From: Macrostomum hystrix
Lineage: Eukaryota; Animalia; Platyhelminthes
NCBI GenBank assembly: GCA_950097015.1
Contig: CATNEN010000038.1
Span: 7,254,001-7,318,000, forward strand
DNA: 64,000 nucleotides
Direction of reading: 5' to 3'
Shown here: piece by piece, positions 49,188 to 63,000 of the stretch
Layout of the letters: each line of letters begins with the position of its first letter
Position numbering within the stretch: position 1 is the stretch's first letter
Translations under genes and position numbers: made by a program
The notes under the pieces: generated by a model
Database searches by the model: none
Seen by the model: only the letters and a program-made list of their open reading frames with translations
What the model was told of the DNA's origin: nothing

Positions 49188-50322
49188 ATGTTAGACATGA
49201 GTTCAAATCTGTTAGACACGAGTTCGAATCTGTGAGACACGAGTTCGAATCTGTTATACACGAGTTCGAATCTTCTAGACACGAGTTAGAATCTGTTATA
49301 CACGACTTCAAATCTGTTAGACACGAGTTCAAATCTGTTAGACACGAGTTCGAATCTGTGAGGCACGAGTTCGAATCTGTTATACACGAGTTCGAATCTT
49401 CTAGACACGAGTTAGAATCTTCTAGACACGAGTTCGAATCTGTTAGACACGAGTTCGAATCTGTTATACACGAGTTCAAATCTGTTAGACACGAGTTCGA
49501 ATCTGTGAGACACGAGTTCGAATCTGTGAGACACGAGTTCGAATCTGTTATACACGAGTTCGAATCTTCTAGACACGAGTTCGAATCTTCTAGACACGAG
49601 TTCGAATCTGTGAGACACGAGTTCGAATCTGTTATACACGAGTTTGAATCTTCTAGACACGAGTTCGAATCTGTTAGACACGAGTTCGAATCTGTTAGAC
49701 ACGAGTTCGAATCTGTTATACACGACTTCAAATCTGTTAGACACGAGTTCAAATCTGTTAGACACGAGTTCGAATCTGTGAGGCACGAGTTCGAATCTGT
49801 TATACACGAGTTCGAATCTTCTAGACACGAGTTAGAATCTTCTAGACACGAGTTCGAATCTGTTAGACACGAGTTCGAATCTGTTATACACGACTTCAAA
49901 TCTGTTAGACACGAGTTCAAATCTGTTAGACACGAGTTCGAATCTGTGAGGCACGAGTTCGAATCTGTTATACACGAGTTCGAATCTTCTAGACACGAGT
50001 TAGAATCTTCTAGACACGAGTTCGAATCTGTTAGACACGAGTTCGAATCTGTTATACACGAGTTCAAATCTGTTAGACACGAGTTCGAATCTGTGAGACA
50101 CGAGTTCGAATCTGTGAGACACGAGTTCGAATCTGTTATACACGAGTTCGAATCTTCTAGACACGAGTTCGAATCTTCTAGACACGAGTTCGAATCTGTG
50201 AGACACGAGTTCGAATCTGTTATACACGAGTTTGAATCTTCTAGACACGAGTTCGAATCTGTTAGACACGAGTTCGAATCTGTTAGACACGAGTTCGAAT
50301 CTGTTAGACACGAGTTCGAATC
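49188..50322. repeat. 21-bp minisatellite (ACACGAGTTCGAATCTGTTAG) with higher-order structure
   Basis: About 54 units; variant CACGACTTCAAATC recurs at 49301, 49721 and 49889; short copy at about 43785-43845. Confidence 0.95.
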
Positions 50323-50701
50323 CGATGGACACCTTTTTCATCTGTTAGACTAGAATTCACATCTGGTATTGTATTTTGTCAATAGTAGTTGATGAGATTG
50401 GCGAAGCCAAAGCATTTTAAAGAATATTTTAATGAGGACTTGATTTGTTTGCTTGGGCAACTATGGCAAATATGAAACTTGAACGAATCGGGTAATTTAT
50501 TTGCGTCAACGTGTGGCACATTTTTCATTTCTAAAACTCGTAAAAAGTAGGCGTAATTGCGAGGAATTAAATAAATTCTTCAATCGGATATAAACCAAGC
50601 ATTCGGCATTGAAAATACGTTGACTTAATGGGTTTAGGAAAATAACGCCTTAACAGACTACTGACAGTACACAAGCATGCACCATTCGTTATCAAACTTT
50701 G

Positions 50702-53700
50702 TCAAACAAGCCCGTGAGCGTCGTTGAAGACGAAGCCGAAACTCGTCGACTGAGCGCTCGTCGGCGCCTTCGGCGACCAACTTGTTGGCGTTGTGACGGC
50801 GGTGTCGCCGGCTGCAGCTTCGGTCGATTCTGCTCGCCCCTGCTGCTGCTGCTCATCAGCACTGGTTGACGCTGACCAGGGCTGCTCCTCGGCTGAGGCA
50901 AACAGCAGGTAGGCAACGCAGGCCACCAGCTGAGTGACCGCCGCGCAGCTCAGAGCGATCAGCCACTCCAGCCTGACCCGGTTCTTGTCCGCCGACGGTT
51001 GCACAATCAGAGATGCCACGACCGTGGATAACATGCCTGAGGATGTTCATTAGCAGATTTTTATAGTTGGTAAACATTAGACCAGGGGTCGGCAAACATT
51101 TAGCCCGCGGGCCAAATGCGGCCCTCGAATCTCCCAAATCCGAACCGTCGCCCCTTCCATAGTATCCTGTCTCATCTCTTTCTCATCTCTCCCGTGTCTC
51201 ATGTCTCCCGTGTCTCATCTCTCCCGTGTCTCATCTCTCCCGTGTCTCATGTCTCCCGTGTCTCATCTCTCCCGTGTCTCATGTCTCCCGTGTCTCATCT
51301 CTCCCGTGTCTCATGTCTCCCGTGTCTCATATCTCCCGTGTCTCATCTCTCCCGTGTCTCATGTCTCCCGTGTCTCATCTCTCCTTTATTGTCTCATCTC
51401 TCCTTTATTGTCTCATCTCTCCTGTGTCCCATCCCTCCACTGTCTATCCCTCCACTGACAGTAAGCGTATGCCTGTCCGGGTTTGAAACATTAATTAGCG
51501 GTCGAAGCATCCACCTGTGATTGTGCTGATGGAGCTGGCGAAACCCATGACGAGGCCGCAGAATATTGGTGCCAATTCCATCACATTGACAGCGTAGCCA
51601 GTGACTGCGAGGCCCGAAAATCCTGCGGGTTGTTGATGAAAAAGTCAGTTTCTTAAATTTCTTAAGCGTAAAATCCCGAAGTCTTCAAATCCCCAAGTCT
51701 TCAAATCCCGAAGTCTTCAAATCCCCAAGTCTTCAAATCCCCAAGTCTTCAAATCCCCAAGTCTTCAAATCCCCAAGTCTTCAAATCCCCAAGTCTTCAA
51801 ATCCCCAAGTCTTCAAATCCCCAAGTCTTCAAATCCCCAAGTCTTCAAATCCCCAAGTCTTCAAATCCCCAAGTCTTCACATCCCAAAGTCTTCAAATCC
51901 CCAAGTCTTCAAATCCCCAAGTCTTCACATCCACTGGTTTTTAAATCCCCGGCACTTGATATCCTTGATTACACTTCTTGATTCTCACAGTCTTAATTCT
52001 TCAAATCCTCAGTTTATACAATTATTGATTCTTCAAATCCGAGTCCTTCGAATTCTCAAACTCCCAACGCCAACTGTTGCCGCCGGCATCAGTACGGTGC
52101 TGACTTCGTGAACTTTCATGAAAATCTGGGAGCTATCGTAAAGTAGGCAGTGGGTATTTGAAATAATGTGGTCTCTCAACTGCTTGTCAATACCGGTCAC
52201 TCACCAAGAGCCAGCGACAGCAGCACAGTAGCCAGCACGGCATCCGCTGCGAAGCCCAGAGCTACAAAGAACACCGCCTTCAGGCCGAAGCCAAGGCCAG
52301 CGAAGATCTTGCGAATGGCGGTCCAGCTAAGGCTGGTGCGCAATTTCAGGTAGTCAGCCAGTAGACCTCCTGCAACATCAGAGAACAGTGACAGCTGTGT
52401 GACAGACACCAATAGAACATTATCAACGAGACCCCAAACAACCAACTGATATAGACACAAACAACCAACTGATATAGACACAAACAACCAACTGATATTG
52501 ACACAAACAACAAACTGGTATGGACACAAACAACCAACTGATGTTGACACAAACAAACAACAGATATAGACACAAGCAAGCAACAGATGTTGACACAAAC
52601 AATGAAATGACATCTACAAAGAATAAACAGACAGAGACAAACAGTTGCTAGGTTAATATTGCATTAGCGGGCCTGCTTCATAAGCACGAAGCAGCTATTT
52701 TTCAATTTCGTTTTTGGTTGGCTAGATTTTAGCAATAAAAAAATAAAATCATGTTTAGCATTTTCATACGCAGTCTGGCGTGATGCAGATTAATTATTTT
52801 GTGTTGTGATTAGTTAAAGACTAAGATATTATTTACTATAATCTGGCTTCCGTCCTTCAAGAAGCTTTATTATCGCCAAAAAGGTTTCAATCGATCGATA
52901 TGAATCAGTTGCAACGAAATTATTGCCACCCAGACAGCGAAATGGCTCAGCTTTTATGACCTGAGTGAACTGGCTATAGTCAAGCGGAAGAGGCACAGGG
53001 GTTGCACTTGGAAACAAGAGAAAAGGATTAGCGAGGAAGATCGGGAAATATATATGCTGTATTTTTGCGAGAAACAGTCCCTTCCTTCCTTCGCCACCCG
53101 TTAGCTTTTGCTGGCCTTACAATAGGCTATCAAACAGCCCGATGGAGTGCGACTTGTGAGCAGTTCTCCAATTCACCAATTCTCAAAACTGTCACTCCAT
53201 TCTCCAACAACTGTCACTCCATTCTCCAACAACTGTCACTCCATTCTCCAACAACTGTCACTCCGTTCTCCAAAAACTGTCACTCCATTCTCCAACAACT
53301 GTCACTCCATTCTCCAACAACTGTCACTCCATTCTCCAACAACTGTCACTCCGTTCTCCAAAAACTGTCACTCCATTCTCCAACAACTGTCACTCCATTC
53401 TCCAACAACTGTCACTCCATTCTCCAACAACTGTCACTCCGTTCTCCAACAACTGTCACTCCATTCTTCAACAACTGTCACTCCATTCTCCAACAACTGT
53501 CACTCTATTCTCCAACAACTGTCACTCCATTCTCCAACAACTGTCACTCCATTCTCCAACAACTGTCACTCCATTCTCCAACAACTGTCACTCCGTTCTC
53601 CAACAACTGTCACTCCATTCTTCAACAACTGTCACTCCGTTCTCCAACAACTGTCACTCCATTATCCAACAACTGTCCCTCCATTCTCCAACAACTGTCA

Positions 53701-56700
53701 CTCCGTTCTCCAACAACTGTCACTCCGTTCTCCAACAACTGTCACTCCATTCTCCAACAACTGTCACTCCATTATCCAACAACTGTCACTCCGTTCTCCA
53801 ACAACTGTCACTCCATTCTCCAACAACTGTCACTCCATTATCCAACAACTGTCACTCCATTATCCAACAACTGTCACTCCATTCTCCAACAACTGTCACT
53901 CCATTCTTCAACAACTGTCACTCCATTATCCAACAACTGTCACTCCATTATCCAACAACTGTCACTCCATTCTTCAACAACTGTCACTCCATTCTCCAAC
54001 AACTGTCACTCCATTCTCCAACAACTGTCACTCCGTTCTCCAACAACTGTCACTCCATTCTCCAACAACTGTCACTCCGTTCTCCAACAACTGTCACTCC
54101 ATTCTCCAACAACTGTCACTCCATTCTCCAACAACTGTCACTCCATTCTTCAACAACTGTCACTCCATTCTTCAACAACTGTCACTCCATTCTTCAACAA
54201 CTGTCACTCCATTCTTCAACAACTGTCACTCCATTCTTCAACAACTGTCACTCCGTTCTCCAAGAACTGTCACTCCGTTCTCCAACAACTGTCACTCCAT
54301 TCTCCAACAACTGTCACTCCATTCTCCAGCAACGGTTACTCCGTTCTTAAAACTGTCACTCCATTCTGCAAGTCTGTTACTCCATAATCCTGGTTCACTC
54401 ACCCAGTCTGTCACTCCATAATTCCGGTTCACGCACCCTATCTGTCACTCCATAATTCCGGTTCACGCACCCTATCTGTCACTCCATAATTCCGGTTCAC
54501 GCACCCTATCTGTCACTCCATAATCCCGGTTCACTCACCCAGTCTGTCACTCCATAATTCTGGTTCACTCACCCAGTCTGTCACTCCATAATTCCGGTTC
54601 ACGCACCCTATCTGTCACTCCATAATCCCGGTTCACGCACCCTATCTGTCACTCCATAATTCCGGTTCACGCACCCTATCTGTCACTCCATAATCCCGGT
54701 TCACTCTCCCGGTCTGTCACTCCGTTCTCCCTTTCCACGCACCGAACTTTCACGCCAAAACTGGCTCACGCTTATCTTCCTCGTGTTTACCCTTAGAAGA
54801 GAACCGGTTGAGACCACCCACATTTTCGCCAACTATTTGACTGCTCTAACCAATAAACCATTAGTTTAAGATCTAGTGATTCTCTCCCTGTCCTTATATT
54901 TGTCTCTGCATCCAGGGCTGAGCACATGCTATGGGATTAACTTTCGCGGGGGAATACAGATTTATTGGAAGAAGGAATGGCGTCTAGATTAGCTGTTCTC
55001 AATCTGTTGCACAGAGATTGCGCTATTGCATTCGTATTTGAATCGCTGAATAAATGTCTACCAAGTTTCGGAAATTTATGAGTCACAAGTCTCTCATTGT
55101 TTACCAGTCTAAAGGAGAGATAATGAGTGCATTTATTGTAACATTGCTGCATAATAGAGGGAATGCCGCTTGGTTATTGGGACTAACTTTCGGGTCTTGA
55201 AAGTCTGGGATCTAGGTCAGAAGGAATTGATTTTTGGTCACATGTAATTTATTATTGGTCATATGAACAGTATTGCTGGTCATATTAACTGTACTCTTGG
55301 CCATAAACATTTTTATTGATCATATGAACTTTAATTGGTGATATGAACTGGATTCTTTGTTCATAATAGCTGATTCTGGGACCAAGGAAACGAATATTGG
55401 TCATAGTTCACGATTCTTTGCAAGAGGACTTAAACTTAGGTCATCGGCATTGGATTATTGGTCTAATGAACTGGTTTATTGGTCTAATGAACTGGGTTAT
55501 TGGTCTAATGAACTGGGTTATTGGTCTAATGAACTGGGTTATTGGTCTAATGACCTGGATTATTGGTCTAATGACCTGGATTATTGGTCTAATGAACTGG
55601 ATTATTGGTCTAATGAACTGGATTATTGGTCTAATGAACTGGATTATTGGTTTAATGAACTGGATTATTGGTCTAATGAAGTTTATTAGTGTTCATAGCT
55701 AGAGATTGGGCTCTTAGGTCACAAAAGTGTCGCTCACCAATCGGCACAAACAGCGACCTGGCCAGGAAGGGGAAGGACAGCAGGAAGATGGTGTTGCTGG
55801 CGTCAGTGCCATACATCTGGTGATAGTAGGTCTGCATGCAAACCGAGCTAATCTGGAAGGTCCAGTCGTCCGCAGCATAGGTGATGAAGATTGCGTACAC
55901 CGGCTTACAGGTGAAAATAGACTTCCACGGAATCGGAATTCGTCGATCGGCTCGGAGCACCTGAGATTGGTCGGTTAATTATTTTAGAATCTTCGAATCT
56001 AAACCTAAGGCAAGCAATTGGGGGGCACCCAACCTGCAGCTGACAGATTCACAGACTGCTGTAGGTTTTCTCTACAAATTTTACGTTGTGCCCGCATACA
56101 GACCTTCGCCCCTATGGATCTTTCAAGGTAGGCGCTCTCCCGCCTGCTCAGGTGCTGATCCTTGGTCGGCTTCTCGTCCACGAGCCGCCACCAGAAGACG
56201 CACCAGATTAGGCCGCTGTTGGCGTAGATGTAGAAGACCACCGCCCAGCCCCAGGCTGTCTCGACCTTCTGGCACACCGGCAGACCGATCAGCGGGCCGA
56301 GTGACACGCCGATGACGGCGAAGCAGAGCAGAGAGGAGCGCTCAGTGCCCGGACTCCAGTGGCGCATTGCGCCGAACACGGCCGGAACCAGGCAGCCCTC
56401 GGCCAGACCCTGATTTGTTGAGGTACGTGGAAGCGATAGGGTTAATTTTTGTCAATATCGAAGAGCCCAAGGTACATTTTGTGGCATTTTTCGTGTTCTT
56501 GTAGACGTCATGTTCTTGTGGATGTCTTGTCATGTTCTGTGGATGTCTTGTCATGTTCTTGTGGATGTCTTGTCATGTTCTTGTAGATATCTTGTCGTTT
56601 TTGTGGACGTCTTGTCGTGTTCTTGGGATATCTTGTCGTTTTCTCGTAACGTCTAGTATTGTTCTTGAGCTACACCACAATACTCGTGGTGTTCTTGTGA

Positions 56701-57251
56701 GGTGTTCTTATGTCAAGTTCAGGTCGAATTCTTGACATAAAATGAAAAGAAAGTCTTCAAACCTGCAGAAGACGGAACAGCACAATGACGGCGATATTGA
56801 CGGAGATGTCGGCGGCAATCTGTGTCACCAGCGGCAGGAAGAAGTTCAGGCCGCATGTGAGGGCCACCGAGCAGCCAAGCAGCAAGGAGCTGTCGTGGTG
56901 CACCGTCAGGTAGCCGCCGAGCGGACTAGCCAGAAAGTAGCCAATGAACAGAGAGTTCTCAATGAGATCGTTGGCCGCATTCTGCCAGGGCATCTCTGTA
57001 TGAGCGCTGGGCTGGAACTTGCTGCCGCTCGAGCTGTCAGTCAGGCTGGTGTAGTCCGAACTGTTCGAGTTGCTCTTGCGCACCAGGTAGCCCATGATGG
57101 CCACCATCTCGGCGCGCATTCCAATAACAACGGTGAGACCCAGTGAGCACAGGACGGCTATCAGGTAGCGCTTGTAGCCAGGGCCGTAGCAGCAGCATTG
57201 AAGTTGAACTGGCGGCCCAAACATGACCTTCTGGTCCTGCATTCTTTTCAT
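50702..57251 (-). CDS. SLC17 family MFS transporter, divergent vesicular glutamate transporter (VGLUT/EAT-4)-like
   Basis: Exons 57251-56763, 56409-56104, 55960-55738, 52369-52205, 51622-51515, 51036-50702 in compatible phases; motifs KRYLIAVL..LG, RLLQGLAEG, W.P..ERS, PWKSIFTCKPVYAI, GGLLADYL, GFSGLAVTGY, FASAEEQPW. Confidence 0.88.
51165..51425. repeat. CTCCCGTGTCTCAT-based minisatellite, intronic
   Basis: Visible periodicity. Confidence 0.9.
51671..51932. repeat. 16-bp minisatellite (AAATCCCCAAGTCTTC), intronic
   Basis: About 16 units. Confidence 0.94.
52435..52600. repeat. About 23-bp minisatellite (ACAACCAACTGATATAGACACAA), intronic
   Basis: Visible periodicity. Confidence 0.85.
53187..54725. 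repeat. 22-bp minisatellite (AACTGTCACTCCATTCTCCAAC) continuing into a related 34-bp array, intronic
   Basis: 22-bp units to about 54365, then TCTGTCACTCCATAATTCCGGTTCACGCACCCTA units. Confidence 0.95.
55450..55688. repeat. 21-bp minisatellite (TATTGGTCTAATGAACTGGAT), intronic
   Basis: About 11 units. Confidence 0.92.
56495..56650. repeat. About 22-bp degenerate minisatellite (TGTTCTTGTGGATGTCTTGTCA), intronic
   Basis: Visible periodicity. Confidence 0.8.
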
Positions 57252-57634
57252 GATATTTTTTTGCCTGGCTGCGAGAGAAAAACGCCACTGAGGCACGGTT
57301 AAAGGACGGGAGCAACGTATAAGAAGGCTTTGATTGGGTGTGATTGGCTGAGCTGTGATTTGAGCAGGGTGGAGCAAGTCTGGCTGCGGAAGAATGAATT
57401 ATACCCTGTTCGAGCAAACATCACAATTTTATTTTATATGCATTCACACGAGTGGCTAGCTTTATTTCTATCGGGTTTCAGTGAGAATTCCTAGCAGCTT
57501 TTTTGGTCTGCTTGAGCAACATTACTTTAGGAAAATTGCACCCACCCCCAGACAATTTTCTTTGCTGAATGTAGATGCCAGTTTTCGTGTTTATAGAAAT
57601 GTAAAACTTGAAGGGCTTAAAGATAATTATTTAA

Positions 57635-57802
57635 TAATAATTTATTGCACCTGCCCCAATTGGGACTGGTGTGAAGCCGAAAGCACAGCCGCTGCTACTG
57701 ATCGGCGCATCTGAAGGCTTGTTCAGTCCATGGACTGGGGGGAAGCCACACGCATTCTCTATTAACCCAGCTGATGCTGGTACACATTTAACAGCTGGGT
57801 TA
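57635..57802 (-). mobile_element. SINE family A fragment
   Basis: CACCTGCCCCAAT...CAGTCCATGGACTG...CATTTAACAGCTGGGT. Confidence 0.8.
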
Positions 57803-58004
57803 AGCGCTTCCTTCCACTGCTTTCCCTTCCACCAGCAAACTCGGTGACAAATTCGGCTGCAGCCAACCGTTGAAGGTCCAGAAGCTACGAAGACCCAAAT
57901 GAAGGCAACGCGAAGCTGTCCTACGTACAGTATTGAATTTCGTACATGTAAACATTAACATTTATCCTGGACCCTCTGTCCAAACGTGTTGACTTCGCCA
58001 TTGT

Positions 58005-58465
58005 CTTGACTTACTTGACTTAGATGCAGGGGCATCTTCCGGATGCAGTGGGGAGGCGTCGCCGCCCATTTCTCTAGTGAAAACGAAAACGTCGGAGAGG
58101 TCCGGGTTTGGGGCGAGGTAGGTGAGCCTGTCCTGAGTAAAGGCGGGGCAGTCGCATATGAAATGCTCTGCATCCTCTTCATCGGAGAGGCAGAAAGGGC
58201 ACTCCTCACTGCGGATTTTGCCTTGAGGAGGAAGCGGTGCCTAGCGAAACAACCATGGCCAGAGAGAGCCATGGTGGCTGCTTTGCGGAGGGTAGTGGAG
58301 GGACAAGGAGCAACGGCTGTGTTTCTTCCAAGAGGTGAAGACGGCGATAGGGGTGGATACCGCAGGCAGTGGGCCAGCAATACCCATCGAACCGGCCTTG
58401 CCAAGTCTGTCGTCTAATTCGTTGTCAGGGTGGCCAAAATGACATGGTATGACACTTAGGGAAAC
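58005..58465 (-). mobile_element. Second, decayed copy of the RNaseH/CCHC LINE 3' end
   Basis: Tail TTGACTTACTTGACTTAG; TMALSGHGCFARHRF; GHPDNELDDRLGKAGS; matches 31813-32757. Confidence 0.82.
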
Positions 58466-59084
58466 CGTTGTATTAGACACAAAAGATAATTCTGAGATTA
58501 AAAGTACCCCTTAGAATTTATGCACTTGAATTATAAATTTACGAATCCATTTTACCTAACTCTGGCTAAAAGTATCATAAATACATATGAAACACACTAT
58601 AGGCCCACTGCGAGTAGAGAGCTTGCATGACATTCTGGAGCAGCTGAAGCAGCAAGTTGAAAACTGATCGTCTAAGATACTGACAGATGCCATTGTACAA
58701 CTGAGGATGCCGATCTCATTGATAACTGATGAGAGAGAGAGCACAATTTACATATATTATGCTCTGAGCAATGAGTGGGGAGTTACGATAAAAAAATTAT
58801 GTTCTGAGGGCCATCGATCGTAGCAGCCAGCAGCCAGCGAAAGGCAATTCCGCGAATTACAATGACTCATCAGCACAAAGGCACACAGATAACACACATG
58901 TGCACACTCTTCCACTGGCGTGTACATATGCCTTGACCTTTCGTCGTCATGCAGTGAACTCTCACTGTGCCTTGGGTGCTTGTTCTCGATGAGCGTGAAT
59001 TTCCCGAAAAGTCCACAAGACTTCTCGCCCCGAATTAATGTGGCCTTTTAGTAAGGAATCCGATACCATATGGGCCTAAGCAAT

Positions 59085-59625
59085 GACCTACAACCTCCTC
59101 CTGACCTACAACCTCCTCCTGACCTACAACCTCCTCCTGACCTACAACCTCCTCCTGACCTACAGCCTCCTCCTGACCTACAACCTCCTCCTGACCTACA
59201 ACCTCCTCCTGACCTACAGCCTCCTCCTGACCTACAACCTCCTCCTGACCTACAGCCTCCTCCTGACCTACAACCTCCTCCTGACCTACAACCTCCTCCT
59301 GACCTACAGCCTCCTCCTGACCTACAACCTCCTCCTGACCTACAGCCTCCTCCTGACCTACAACCTCCTCCTGACCTACAACCTCCTCCTGACCTACAAC
59401 CTCCTCCTGATCTACAACCTCCTCCTGACCTACAGCCTCCTCCTGACCTACAACCTCCTCCTGACCTACAACCTCCTCCTGACCTACAACCTCCTCCTGA
59501 TCTACAACCTCCTCCTGACCTACAACCTCCTCCTGACCTACAACCTCCTCCTGACCTACAACCTCCTCCTGACCTACAACCTCCTCCTGACCTACAACCT
59601 CCTCCTGACCTACAACCTCCTGATC
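59085..59625. repeat. 18-bp minisatellite (GACCTACAACCTCCTCCT)
   Basis: About 30 units. Confidence 0.96.
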
Positions 59626-60094
59626 TTATGATGGAGTTTATTGAGTGCCTTTGATACTGTCGAGTGTGAAAAGGACCTGAAATGGGAATTTTGCAAATCA
59701 ACGCTCATTCTGATGATCGATTTATTATAAATTAAAGCTCATGAGAAGCTCATTGAAACTCAACGCAGTTTTTTTCTAGTTTATCGCATCTGTCTCCTGT
59801 GCATTCACAGCCAAGAATTTCAGTTTTTAAACATGGCTGAATAATTACTGGTGTACATATGGTGAGTAGCATAATTACTCGTATATCAAAGAAGTTTCTT
59901 TTTAAAAGCAATGAAATTAGAATGTACACCAGGACAGAAAAAATTGTGGCGCTTTTTATAAACAAAAAAAATAGTCTCAGAGAAGATGCTACAGTTGTAA
60001 GCGCAGAGACCTTATCATAGATGAATATATTTCATGTCGTATTGGATTTTTATAAATAGAGATTAAGCTTCCCAAGCACACTTCTGGTGCAGAA

Positions 60095-63000
60095 ATGACT
60101 CAAAAACAGCTGCAACGTCTCACAGAGCTGGTCCTACAAGGTGACTTCGGTCACGTACGTTGTCTGGCATCTCCGCAACTGATAAGAGTGACAGACCAGA
60201 GCAACCGGACTATTCTCATGAATGTAGCTGACAGTGTTAACACTGCTGTGGGGCTGGAAAAATGCATACTCTATTTACTCAACCTCGGCGCGGATCCGTT
60301 CGCGCATGACGAGGCGGGCGACACGGCTGCTCACTTTGCAGCCAGGCAGGACAATCGCCGGCTGCTGGCTCTGATGCCGTTCGAAGCGAAATGGTTGCGA
60401 AACCTGAGGGGCGCCACTCCGCTGATGGAAGCTGCTCTGACTGGCAGCAGGAAGTGCGCCAAGCACCTGCTGCATCTTTTGAGGGAGCCCAGGTTCAACG
60501 AGTGCAAGAGGAAAGGCAATTCAAAACGAGAGCAACTGCTCGGACATCGGGACTCGCAGGGTCGGACGGCGTTGGATTTGGCGAGGCTCAAAGGCCTGTC
60601 AGAGCTAGCCACTGACATCGAGCTGTGAGTGACCGCGCCTCTTGAGCTCATTTTAATCACTTAGCAAACTTTTACGAAGCAACACTTCGCTTTGGTTGCA
60701 GAGAAATGCGGCTGACGGTGGACATCGATAAAGTAATCTCAGGCCTGACTGCTGAGGTGAGTTGAATCTCTAACCGATGTAGATGTGCAGTCGACAGCAC
60801 AGCCGCAGCTATTGCGCGTCGCATCTGATGGCTGCGTAGGGCTGTTCAGTCCATGGACTGGGGGAACGCCACAGCCAGCTTCCATTATCCCCGCTTTTAA
60901 GTGAAAATACATCGAGAAAATATAACGTCCGTTTTTTCAACCAAACCCGACCCAGTTAGAACCGTGTGAGACAGTAGGCTTGCTTGTGATTTATTGAAGG
61001 TTCGTTTTTACGGATTTGCTACTTCGTTTTACGAAAATAACTTTCTAGAAGCCATTTATTTAAAGAGAAATATAATGTTCGGTTCTGCGGGGAATGAGCC
61101 AACTATTGAGGTGGTGTTATTGGGTCTAGTTTGCCAACAATAGAGGATTGTCCAACTATGTTCAACAACAGAAGGATCCTTGATAATCAGACGCTTGTCC
61201 ATTCTTTTCTGCTCGACTTTGCATACAGGAGGAGGCCGTTCGAGCTAAACTGGAAGAGCTTGCCAGGTCGGGTGACTCAGAAGGACTTCGGCGAGCACTG
61301 ATGCCTGGTAGCTGCGACCTGCCTGACAGGTGGGGTCAAACCGTGCTGTTGTGGGCAGCTTACAAGTGCAAGTCCGGGGGTGAAGCTCTGTGGCAGCAGC
61401 TGCTGACTGAGGCGGACCCAACTTGCAGTGATATTGACGGCATCAGCAGCATGCACTGTGCAGCAATGAGCGGCAATGCTGAGGCAGCCTCCGCCCTGAT
61501 TGGTGCCGGAGCCGCGGTCAACGCTCGAGATGAGGCTGAAACTACGCCCCTCATGAGGCTGTCCAGCGCCGAAGTCGATGCAGGCACGGTCGTTCGACTC
61601 CTACTAGCTGCCGGCTCGGACTGGACGCTGAAGGATTCGCAGGGCAAGACAGCGCTGGACTGGGTCACAGACAGGGGCAAAAACGAACTGGCAGAGCTGC
61701 TGCGTGGGTAAGTTGCCATGGAAACAGTCAATCGCTAAACAGAAGAAAGACCACAGGGGCATTTCAAATAGCCACATTTTTCTTTTTTCTGCATCTCCCA
61801 AAATATTCAACCAATCGCCATGAAAATTCGTGCTCAAATTTTCTGCTCAACCCGATGAAAAAAATTTCAGGATCGCAAAGCATCGGCATCATCGTCGAGA
61901 TATTCAACAATTCTCGTCGGGGTGTCAAGTAGCAAAAACCAGCAATAATGACATAAATTTTCTGCTCACAAAATTTTATAATTTATTTTATTGTTTTATT
62001 GTATCATGTCATGTCACCAGGGTCTTTGACAAGAATCACTACTGTCGATACTGTCGTCGGATGGCTTTGAAAGTTATAGTTCATCGTTAAATCGAGGACA
62101 CCTAGATCTAATGATCATGCGACATGCGTATATGGACGCTCGTGCATACCTCACTGCATAGCCTAAGGAAACGGGTGTATTCCTAAGGGCCTTCTCCTCA
62201 GTATTTAGTATTGCAATGCCTTTCACTACAGCCAATTAACACGCGGACGCATTCATGCTGTCACCTTCAGGTACGAAGGTCTGGACTTCTTTGATGCGTC
62301 TCTAGATCTACCGTGAGTTTGACCTACTTGCATCTTTTCATTTCAGCAAAGTGCATTAGTTCAGGGACAAATTTCTTTTTCAACCAACTCATTCAGATCG
62401 GATGGTCAGCCGTACCGAGACAATTGGGACTCTGTTCGCCTCATCGGCCGGGGAGGCTTCGGCGAAGTTCACGAGGTGCTCACCGACAAGGGCATCAGGT
62501 GTGCTACGAAAACGATCAAGATGAAAATGCAGCTTGGTGGCCAGCTAGAAATGAGCAGAGACATTGACAAGGTGATTGCGAGTGAGAGGAACCTATGCCA
62601 ACTGAATCACGTCAACATCGTCAGGTTCTTGTATATTGTTCAGTCCGAGCCATCGACTGTTGTTCTGTTTATGGAGCTGTTGAACGGCTGCAGCCTGGAA
62701 GCATTTCTCGATCGCAAGCCACTAGATGAAGAAACGATTCGAGACTTCAGCGGACAGGTAAGCTTGTGTGACCCAGTATAAGGGCAATTTTTCTTTAAAT
62801 CCTCCGTCAAATTGACGGATGCCATGATTTAAATCATTTCAGATCTGCAATGCTCTGCTCTACATACACAGCCGACGGCCGCCAGTGATCCACCGAGACA
62901 TCAACTGCAGCAACATTGTAGTGCTAGCCAACAGCCAGAGAATAAAGCTGATCGATTTCGGCTTGTCCATCAAGCTGGAGCGGTCATTCAGCCACATTTC

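Noticed and set aside
53065-54421. 440-aa and 424-aa ORFs
   Set aside because: Translations of a 22-bp intronic satellite antisense to the SLC17 gene
59048-59701. GGGCRS / DLQPPP repeat proteins
   Set aside because: 18-bp satellite open in several frames; no supporting gene features
60955-60975. Resemblance to a conserved LSU rRNA motif (TTAGAACCGTGTGAGACAG)
   Set aside because: Only about 20 nt with mismatches and no flanking rRNA similarity
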